A stretch of 13,352 bases of DNA from a bacterium (GTDB lineage Bacteria; Hinthialibacterota; Hinthialibacteria; Hinthialibacterales; Hinthialibacteraceae): the NCBI GenBank assembly GCA_963663405.2, contig CAXXSM010000137.1:1-13352 (forward strand), in the 5' to 3' direction. Of the stretch, positions 1 to 6,838 are shown in pieces (the stretch's first letter is position 1; each line of letters begins with the position of its first letter). Below the pieces are notes generated by a model, which saw only the letters and a program-made list of their open reading frames with translations, was not told where the DNA came from and ran no database searches. The position numbers and the translations under genes are program-made.

Positions 1-171
1 GCGGTTGAGGCGATCAAAGTCCTGTTGGGGATCGGCTCGACGCTGAATGGGAGCCTTCTCACTTTCGACGCGCTTGCAATGGAATTTCGCAAAGTCCCCA
101 TTCCACGCGATGCGAGCTGCGCGGTGTGCGGTGAAAATCCTTCGATTACTGAACTGGTTGATTACGAATGA
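1..171 (+). CDS. MoeB/ThiF/HesA-family adenylyltransferase, C-terminal fragment (5' truncated by window edge)
   Basis: Not in the ORF track. Frame 1 reads AVEAIKVLLGIGSTLNGSLLTFDALAMEFRKVPIPRDASCAVCGENPSITELVDYE* with TGA at 169-171. The 'EAIKxLLG...L..FDAL...R..CxxCG' pattern is the zinc-binding C-terminus of MoeB/ThiF proteins. There is no rhodanese extension. Confidence 0.88.
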   Translation, partial: AVEAIKVLLGIGSTLNGSLLTFDALAMEFRKVPIPRDASCAVCGENPSITELVDYE

Positions 172-181
172 GACGGTTTAA

Positions 182-1192
182 TCATTCATCCTTAACCGCG
201 TCGAGGAAACGTTGAAGCAGCGCGTCTCCGATAACCGGGCGGTATTCCTCATAGACCGGTTGGGAGGCGTCTTTAAACTCACGCGCGCTTTCGGGCGTGG
301 GTGCGCTGATTTGCATTCCCTTCTCTTTTAGAAATTCAAGGTGATCTTTTTCATTTTTTACGACGGTGTCCCGTTGGAACTTCGCCGCTTCTTGGGCGCA
401 TTCACGGAGGATTTGCTGTTGTTCCGGCGTAAAGCGATCCCATACGCGCTGGCTCATGCAGAAGATCAGCGGATCGAACGAGTATTCCCAAAGCGTCAGG
501 TAGGGCTGCAGTTCGTGCAGGCCTGTGGAATGAATCACGTGGAGCGGATTTTCCTGGCCGTCCATCGCGCCTTCGCGCAGCGCCACAATGAGATCGCCGA
601 AATTCATCTGGCTTGGATCGGCGCCCCAGTGCCGAAACAAGGAGATGTACATCTGAATCGATGGCACGCGGATTTTCAGATCACGCAGATCCTCGAGTTT
701 CTCGACCGGCCGCCTTCCATTGGTCAGACGCCGGAAGCCGTTGAATCCATATGCCAGTCCAACGATTCCTTTCGCTTGCAGGGAATCAAGCATCTCCCGC
801 CCCAATGCGCTCTCACAAACTTTTTCGGCTTCCTCATACGAATCAAACAACCAAGGGAGCGACCAGACGGTCCATGTTGGATCGATCACGGTGAGAAGAA
901 TGGAGGATTCCCACGAGCCGCCCAACGTGCCCGCCTGCACCATTTCCAACTCGGTCCGCTGGTTGTTTTTGGAGAGGGAAGAATTGGTCACAAGCCGTAT
1001 GGGAATTTGCTCACCGAGTCTCTCTTCCACCAATTCCTTCCACTTCACAGCCCCCACATGCCACTCGGATTGATCGCTGAGAATATGGCTGAATGTGACA
1101 TTCACAGGCCGGTTGGATTGCCCACACCCAAGCAGCAAACCAGCCAGCGCCACGCAGAGGAGAAACTGGATCGATATTATCTTATTTCTCAT
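182..1192 (-). CDS. dctP: TRAP transporter substrate-binding lipoprotein, DctP family
   Basis: 336 aa with lipobox LLLGC. Family motifs: 'SLPWLF', 'NGFRRLT', 'DLRDLKIRVP' (conserved carboxylate-binding Arg) and 'GAMDGQENP'. An AAGGA Shine-Dalgarno lies upstream on the minus strand. Confidence 0.92.
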   Translation of the reverse strand: MRNKIISIQFLLCVALAGLLLGCGQSNRPVNVTFSHILSDQSEWHVGAVKWKELVEERLGEQIPIRLVTNSSLSKNNQRTELEMVQAGTLGGSWESSILLTVIDPTWTVWSLPWLFDSYEEAEKVCESALGREMLDSLQAKGIVGLAYGFNGFRRLTNGRRPVEKLEDLRDLKIRVPSIQMYISLFRHWGADPSQMNFGDLIVALREGAMDGQENPLHVIHSTGLHELQPYLTLWEYSFDPLIFCMSQRVWDRFTPEQQQILRECAQEAAKFQRDTVVKNEKDHLEFLKEKGMQISAPTPESAREFKDASQPVYEEYRPVIGDALLQRFLDAVKDE

Positions 1193-1338
1193 TTATTGTT
1201 TCCTTTTTTAATCTTGTAGAATATGGATTCTTATTGATATTCTTCCTGTTTTTTATGAGAATTTCAATCTTGGGGATGGATTAAACGCTGTAAAATAGGG
1301 CAGGCGTTATTCCTGCGGCGAAAGGAGATTGGAAGAAC

Positions 1339-2439
1339 ATGAAAGCCTATCACTGTTTTATTGGCTGGAATCGCATTCGCGTTTGCGGTTCAAAAACACG
1401 ATGGCGCAAGGGAATGAATACATAATTTTACACCATCCTCCCCTCCATGATTAGCACACCAAAAATAGTAAGTGATATCGCTTTTTTCACCTGATAAAAA
1501 AAATGGTGGCTACAGTGGGCGGTTCATGGAATAAAGTTTTCTTATGGGATGTAGGAACTGGAGAATTGCTAGATGAGTTAGAAGAACATGAGACAATAAT
1601 TGATATACTTGAATATTCGATGGACGGGCGATATATTGCGGTATCCGGACAGTATGGCCAGTTTTCTATTTTTGATGTTGAAAAAAAACAGAAAATGTAC
1701 CGAAAGATTTTGATACGATATGGTTCTCCTGACTACGATGAAATAGAACAAATAACGAATAATATTAAGTCGATGCTATTTTCACCTGATGGAGAGAGAC
1801 TGGTTGTGACCTTCTATCGTTGGATTTTTTGTCATAGATACGGAAACTGGTGAGACAATCCATCAATTCAGATTCGGAGAAGGTGAATATCCAGAATCAT
1901 CTTTACCTCAAGAACAGATGGAATATTTGTCGGATGGCAAGAGAATTATTGTAAGGTTTTTTCCGGGATATAGAATTATCGACACAATAACAGGTATACT
2001 CGTACGTTCTGAATATATTACGGAAAAAACCTTTTACATGTTATCGCAAGATAAAAAGAGTTTTTATTGTCTAAACAACACAAAGCCTACAGATGAATGG
2101 GAACTTCTAGAGTGGGATGTGGGAACGGGAGAATTCATAGGAAAAAAAGCGGACTTATATTTACCCAACCGGAGTGATATTTTATCCCCGGATATAAATT
2201 ATGTTCTCCATGGAAAATATAACAGTGGAGAAGCAAGTCTATCTAAAGTAAGCGATAAATCAACAGCGCTCGAGCTTACATCATTGGATCAAAACATCTT
2301 CAGCAAAGAAACCACGTGCAAAGTCTTTTCCCCCGACGGGAAAACAATCGGCTACGGCGCCGGAGGAGACGCCTACCTAATCGACATCTCCCATCTTACA
2401 TCCCATGCGGATTGGGAACTTTTCATGAATATGAACTAA
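1339..2439 (+). pseudogene. Secreted WD40-like beta-propeller protein, frameshifted as given (pseudogene or, more likely, sequencing errors); about 364 aa when restored
   Basis: AAGGAG SD near 1322-1327 and ATG at 1339. Removing one base from each of six runs (1342-1344, 1392-1396, 1440-1443, 1482-1487, 1496-1503, about 1810-1813) gives one ORF: MKPITVLLAGIAFAFAVQNTMAQ...KIVSDIAFSPDKKMVAT..., joining the 1503..1853 and 1918..2439 ORFs. Blade motifs recur: FSPDKK, YSMDGR, FSPDGE, YLSDGK, FSPDGK, and WDVGTGE twice. Confidence 0.82.
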
Positions 2440-2451
2440 TCGTTGCGGGAT

Positions 2452-3012
2452 TTACCCTTTGTCATAACGGAAAACATGTCCATCCGTGGCTGTGGGGGTG
2501 AGATTGGGGAGGGGGAACGCTTGAGCGACGACGCGGCATCCTGGTTTTAATTGGGACCAGATTTCCTTTTCAAACCGCGTCATGGCCTTTTTACCTAGAT
2601 AGCAGAAGATCACATCAGCGTTTTGTAAATCCGCCGTCCAGAAGTTTTTAAAATGAATTTCGGCTTTGCCGTATATTTTGGCTAGGATAAATAGGTATAC
2701 AGAAATCTCATACCCGATCGCCCGCGCGCTGAGGGTGGACGCTTCCCGCAGCAGCCTTCCATCACCGCAGCCCAGATCCACTACGACATCTCCCGGATGG
2801 ATCTCCGCCAGCGCGATCATGCGCCGGACTGTGGGATGATCAGTGGGTAGATAGGGCGATCCAAATAGCAAGCCATAGAGAGAGGGCAGCGTTAGGAGAA
2901 GAACCGGCGCGACAATCCACACAGCGTTCCATCCCAGCGCCGAATAGAGCGCCCATGAGAGAAAGACGGCTCCTAACAGGATAAGATATTCGATCACAAT
3001 AAAAGTCCTCAA
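2452..3012 (-). CDS. Membrane-anchored class I SAM-dependent methyltransferase (FAM173/archaeal aKMT-like)
   Basis: 186 aa with two N-terminal hydrophobic helices, then 'PYLPT', motif I 'VVDLGCGDGRLL', post-I 'IGYEIS', motif II 'ADVIFCYL' and 'LKPGCRVV'. The TTG start is uncertain. Confidence 0.85.
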   Translation of the reverse strand: MRTFIVIEYLILLGAVFLSWALYSALGWNAVWIVAPVLLLTLPSLYGLLFGSPYLPTDHPTVRRMIALAEIHPGDVVVDLGCGDGRLLREASTLSARAIGYEISVYLFILAKIYGKAEIHFKNFWTADLQNADVIFCYLGKKAMTRFEKEIWSQLKPGCRVVAQAFPLPNLTPTATDGHVFRYDKG

Positions 3013-3092
3013 GTAAATAAAATTACTCGATCGAAATCATATATGATCTTCTCAATCCATTCTCCCTTTATGAATGAACTTTTACTGATTCT

Positions 3093-4205
3093 TTACTTTC
3101 CGTCAGTCAGCCGGTGTTTAAGAAACCATTGATACAAATTGGGATCCATATACGCTCGAATCCAGGATCTATGTCCCACTCGTGGATAGATCGTAAATGT
3201 AACGTCTCCGCCCAGTTCTTTAACTTCATTGACAATCTCTTCCTGTACCTTTTTGGGAACGAGGATATCCCAACCGCCATGAAACGCCCAGATCGGTGTA
3301 TCGATTAAAGCCTCCGGTTTTGCCTTGGGAATATCGGGCGTTGTGTCGTAGAATCCCTTCGCCAAGCCCCACGCGTCTCCCCCGCCGCAGATTGGAGCCA
3401 GCGCGGCGAATCGATCCGGCTCGGCGCTTCCGAGACTCCACGATGCGAAACCTCCCATGCTGAAACCTGTTAGATAGATCCGTTTGGTATCGATCGAGTA
3501 ATGAGAGATCACCTCATCTAAAATCTCACTTAATTGATCGTTGTCCCACCATTCGTTATCAGGGCATTGCGGAGAGACTAAGACAAAATTGAAGTCGCCA
3601 CCAAAAACCTGATTCAGCGCCTGTCTATCCGCAACCAGTTTCGGAGGGCCATATTTTTTTACTCCTTTGAAATCATCTCCTCTCTCGTGCGCTCCATGAA
3701 GAAACATCATCAGCGGCCATTCCTTCTCTTCTTCACCATACGTCTTGGGGAGGTAGAGTAGATAATCGTAATGCGTATCCGACATCACCGGCGCCTGTTT
3801 TCCCGGCGCCGGGATGAAATGAGGGAGTGTGGAATCTCCAATGATTTCGATCCCATCGGCTTGCCCGGTAAAGACGGCGTCACAATCAGAATCAGTGGAA
3901 GGCGTCACAAAATATTGGAGTCTTTTCGAACCGGGAAGTGAAGCCAAATTCCACGAGATCACTCCATCCCGCAATTTCCCTTTTGAATGGACTTGATTGA
4001 CGATCCATCCATCGGGCGGAACCTCATTGACCGTGACTGTTTTCGCGTTACCGGTCAGTAAAATTTCCACCTTGAAACGTTGTTCATGTGAATACCCATT
4101 GTCTGGCAGCGTCCGCGACGCGCAAGGCGGAGCATATTCAACAGGTGTGAGATGACAAGAGAGACAGAGCGCGGTAACGAGCGCACAAAATACAAAAGTT
4201 CTCAT
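3093..4205 (-). CDS. Exported alpha/beta-hydrolase (phospholipase/carboxylesterase or predicted peptidase type) with an extra N-terminal beta-rich domain
   Basis: 370 aa with a signal peptide and possible lipobox (LCLSC). Motifs: 'YLLYLP', 'PLMMFLHGAHERG', 'VSPQCP', nucleophile elbow GFSMG, Asp in 'FHGGWD' and His in 'VGHRSW'. Confidence 0.9.
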   Translation of the reverse strand: MRTFVFCALVTALCLSCHLTPVEYAPPCASRTLPDNGYSHEQRFKVEILLTGNAKTVTVNEVPPDGWIVNQVHSKGKLRDGVISWNLASLPGSKRLQYFVTPSTDSDCDAVFTGQADGIEIIGDSTLPHFIPAPGKQAPVMSDTHYDYLLYLPKTYGEEEKEWPLMMFLHGAHERGDDFKGVKKYGPPKLVADRQALNQVFGGDFNFVLVSPQCPDNEWWDNDQLSEILDEVISHYSIDTKRIYLTGFSMGGFASWSLGSAEPDRFAALAPICGGGDAWGLAKGFYDTTPDIPKAKPEALIDTPIWAFHGGWDILVPKKVQEEIVNEVKELGGDVTFTIYPRVGHRSWIRAYMDPNLYQWFLKHRLTDGK

Positions 4206-4248
4206 CGAATTCTTCCCCCTATTCAGCGGCGTGATTGATTCTTTTCTC

Positions 4249-4282
4249 TATATAGTATATCTATATATTGTTTATATGTCAA
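4249..4282 (-). promoter_or_regulatory. sigma70-type promoter for the hydrolase gene, with an overlapping palindrome
   Basis: Minus strand reads TTGACA (4282-4277), 17 nt, TATACT (4259-4254), about 50 nt upstream of the ATG at 4205. The inverted repeat TATATAG-N5-CTATATA (4249-4267) covers the -10 box. Confidence 0.8.
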
Positions 4283-4320
4283 CAAATAATAGAAATTAAA
4301 AAAAACAATCCAATTGATTT

Positions 4321-4411
4321 GCAGGAAAGAGAATGCGAGGACCAGCGGGCGCATTTGAACGGAAACCCATTTCCGGATGAATGCGCGTAGTATCCTGCGC
4401 TTACTCCCTGC
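4321..4411. repeat. Long imperfect inverted repeat / stem-loop downstream of the GNAT toxin gene
   Basis: Nested arms: GCAGG 4321-4325 with CCTGC 4407-4411; GCG-AGGA with TCCT-g-CGC; GCGCATT 4349-4355 with AATGCGC 4380-4386; CGGAAA 4360-4365 with TTTCCG 4370-4375 around a CCCA loop. Confidence 0.65.
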
Positions 4412-4924
4412 CTAAAAACTTGCCTGAATCCGTTTCATGGGCAAAAACAATTTTCGGGGGGTATCAGGAAATGGACTAAAGCCATAGCGTTGATAAAATA
4501 CGGACGCATTTTCATTGATTGCATCAACAATCACAGCAAAAGCCCCAATGTCCTGACTATATTGCAAACTCTTATACAGAGCATCCATTAATAAAAAATC
4601 GCCGTAACCTTGCCCATGATAATTTTTATCAATGGCTAGGCGGCCAATGAGAATGGCGGGTAGAACTGGATATTTAGGAAGTTTCTTGATAATGGATTCA
4701 GGAAAATCATGAATGGGAATTCCGGTGGTTGAGAGGGTGTAATATCCAATAATGGATTTCAGATCGCTATCCATTAAAACATAAGGCGCGCAGATTTTTT
4801 TCTTACTATCTTGCTGGATGTAATGATGAAAATACGTATCCAGAGAATCCTCCCCACAGGAAAATAAATCCCTTTTGAGGCGCGAGGCTAATTTTTCAAC
4901 TCGGCATGAAGGGGAATTTGTCAC
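4412..4924 (-). CDS. GNAT-family acetyltransferase toxin (AtaT/TacT/KacT-like) of a type II TA system
   Basis: 170 aa. Motifs: 'FSCGEDSLDTYF', 'GYYTLS', 'PAILIGRLAIDKNYHGQGYG' (acetyl-CoA loop) and 'VIVDA...FYQRYGF'. Its GTG start overlaps the antitoxin stop (GTGA, 4921-4924). Confidence 0.93.
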   Translation of the reverse strand: MTNSPSCRVEKLASRLKRDLFSCGEDSLDTYFHHYIQQDSKKKICAPYVLMDSDLKSIIGYYTLSTTGIPIHDFPESIIKKLPKYPVLPAILIGRLAIDKNYHGQGYGDFLLMDALYKSLQYSQDIGAFAVIVDAINENASVFYQRYGFSPFPDTPRKLFLPMKRIQASF

Positions 4925-5208
4925 GAAATGCCTTGTTTTTCTTTGTAATTTCTGGCGGCTCTTTTCAATGTCTCATTAGGGTGCGTATCATCCTGGAGAG
5001 CCTCTACAAAAGCAAAACGATCCCGCAACGTAAGAGATAAAATCTCTTCTTCATGCAACACCTTCTTGGCCGCTTCCTGCGCGCTGTTAATAATGAAATT
5101 TGTTAACGTCATACCTTGAATCGCCGCCGCTTTGATAAACAATTCTTTTTGTTCTGCGCTAAGACGAGTATCAAAACGCTCTGTTCTTGTGGGCATGTTC
5201 GTCTCCAT
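4921..5208 (-). CDS. DUF1778-family ribbon-helix-helix antitoxin (AtaR/TacA/KacA-like)
   Basis: 'ERFDTRLSAEQKELFIKAAAIQGMTLTNFIINSAQEAAKKVL...LTLRDRFAFVEAL..PNETLKRA' is the DUF1778 pattern, and the gene sits directly upstream of the GNAT. The true start may be the ATG at 5196, which has GGAG 6 nt upstream. Confidence 0.93.
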   Translation of the reverse strand: METNMPTRTERFDTRLSAEQKELFIKAAAIQGMTLTNFIINSAQEAAKKVLHEEEILSLTLRDRFAFVEALQDDTHPNETLKRAARNYKEKQGIS

Positions 5209-5229
5209 AATTAAAACTTATTTATTACC

Positions 5230-5258
5230 ATTGTACGGCTTAAGGCCGTACATATCAA
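5230..5258 (-). promoter_or_regulatory. TA operon promoter with autoregulatory operator
   Basis: Minus strand reads TTGATA (5258-5253), 17 nt, TACAAT (5235-5230). A perfect inverted repeat TGTACGGC-N5-GCCGTACA (5232-5252) fills the spacer and overlaps the -10 box. Confidence 0.88.
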
Positions 5259-5351
5259 GCCTATAATTCTATTCCTACCGCCCTAATCCCTGTGTTCCCT
5301 CCCTGCCGGGGCCATGGGACTGGTTTTGTCTTGCGTGTTTTCCAGGTTCTT

Positions 5352-6758
5352 CTATTGTACTTCGGCGGGTTCCCGGTCGACGAAGATTTTACCGGGATTG
5401 AGGATGCCTTCGGGATCGAAGATGCGTTTGATCCGGCGCATGACTTTGATTCCCGTCTCGCCGACCATGAGAGGCAGGTATTTACTTTTCACGCAACCGA
5501 CGCCATGTTCCCCCGTGACGGCGCCGCCCAGTTCGATCGCTTTTTTGAAGATTTCTTCAAAACACTGTTCCACCCGCTCCATCTCTTCGGTGTCTCGCTC
5601 ATCCGTGAGGCAAGTGGGGTGCAGATTGCCGTCTCCCGCATGACCGAACGTCCCGATTTCGAGATTGTATTTCTCACGAACCGTATCGATGAACGCCAGC
5701 ATTTCGGGCACTTTGCTGCGCGGCACAGTGGCGTCTTCCAGAATTGTCGTCGGCCGCCGGCGGGCCAAGGCCGCCAGCGCCATCCGGCGCGCTTGGGCGA
5801 GCTGTTCGGATTCTTCCGCGTTTTGAGCGACCTTCACTTCGGACGCGTTTAAATTTTCACAGATCGATTGAACCGCTTTCGCCTCTTCTTCGACTTGGGC
5901 GGGATATCCATCGATCTGGATCAACAACAGCGCGCCCACGTCGCGGGGCAGACCGATTTTCGAGTAATCTTCCACACAGTTGATCGTCACGTTGTCCAAA
6001 AACTCCAACGCGCAGGGAATAATTTTACCCGCGATGATTCCCGCCACCGCCCGGCCCGCCGAGACCATGTCAGGGAAATACGCCAACAGAGTTTTATTCG
6101 CGGCGGGTGGAGGAAGCAGCCGCAATAGAATTTTCGTTACAATGCCCAGTGTTCCTTCGGAACTGACCAGGATTTTTTTCAAATTGTAGCCGGAGACGTC
6201 CTTCTTCGATTTACTGCCGGTCCAGAACACCTCCCCATTCGGAAGAACCACTTCCAGACCAAGCACGTAATCTTCCGTTACGCCGTACTTCAAACAGCGG
6301 AGACCACCGGAATTTTCGACCACGTTTCCGCCGATTGTTGAAATCTTCATGGAGCCGGGATCGGGGGGATAAAACAATCCCCGCTTCGCTACTTCCGCCG
6401 CGAGGGTGGCCGTGATGACGCCTGGTTCCGTCGTGATAGTGAGGTTTTCTTCGTCGATTTCCAGAATTCGATCCATACGGACAAAGTTGAGGACGATCCC
6501 CCCTTCAATCGGCACACTGCCGCCGGACAAGCCGGTGCCGGAACCACGCGGCACAACGGGAATTTTATTATCATGCGCCCATTTCATAATCGTGGACACT
6601 TCCTTTGTGCTGACAACATGGACAATCGCGGCGGGCGCGGCGGATATATGCGGTGTGCCATCGTATGAATACGTGACGACGTCCTCCGGATCGCTCAAGA
6701 CACGGTCCGGATCTACAAAACCTTTTAAAGCGGAAACGATCTGTTCTTTCGAAAGCAT
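5352..6758 (-). CDS. glcD: FAD-linked oxidase, GlcD (glycolate oxidase subunit / D-2-hydroxyacid dehydrogenase) family
   Basis: 468 aa. Motifs: 'PRGSGTGLSGG', 'YPPDPGS...STIGGNV.ENSGG...KYGVT', 'FGHAGDGNLH', 'TGEHGVG' and 'FDPEGILNPGK'. Confidence 0.9.
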   Translation of the reverse strand: MLSKEQIVSALKGFVDPDRVLSDPEDVVTYSYDGTPHISAAPAAIVHVVSTKEVSTIMKWAHDNKIPVVPRGSGTGLSGGSVPIEGGIVLNFVRMDRILEIDEENLTITTEPGVITATLAAEVAKRGLFYPPDPGSMKISTIGGNVVENSGGLRCLKYGVTEDYVLGLEVVLPNGEVFWTGSKSKKDVSGYNLKKILVSSEGTLGIVTKILLRLLPPPAANKTLLAYFPDMVSAGRAVAGIIAGKIIPCALEFLDNVTINCVEDYSKIGLPRDVGALLLIQIDGYPAQVEEEAKAVQSICENLNASEVKVAQNAEESEQLAQARRMALAALARRRPTTILEDATVPRSKVPEMLAFIDTVREKYNLEIGTFGHAGDGNLHPTCLTDERDTEEMERVEQCFEEIFKKAIELGGAVTGEHGVGCVKSKYLPLMVGETGIKVMRRIKRIFDPEGILNPGKIFVDREPAEVQ

Positions 6759-6838
6759 GTCGATAACCTTTGATTAGAGAAAATGCTGGGGGAAGAAAGA
6801 AATGAAAACAGGATAAGATGAACGAACGCGCTCGTTTT

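Noticed and set aside
341-1219. 292-aa plus-strand ORF, and 720..1073
   Set aside because: Antisense shadow of dctP with no recognisable motifs.
1452-1454. Apparent in-frame TAG in the WD40 gene (possible readthrough or recoding)
   Set aside because: It disappears when the frameshift is placed in the C-run at 1440-1443 (reading ...HHPPSMISTPKIV...). Other genes here use TAG as a normal stop.
1503-2439. Two separate genes (116 aa and 173 aa)
   Set aside because: The intervening sequence reads through in the second frame (SIVGFFVIDTETGETIHQF...), so they are one gene split by a +1 shift.
4321-4411. Integron attC site or tRNA
   Set aside because: No RYYYAAC/GTTRRRY ends, no integrase, and no cloverleaf or T-loop motif. 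Kept only as an unexplained hairpin.
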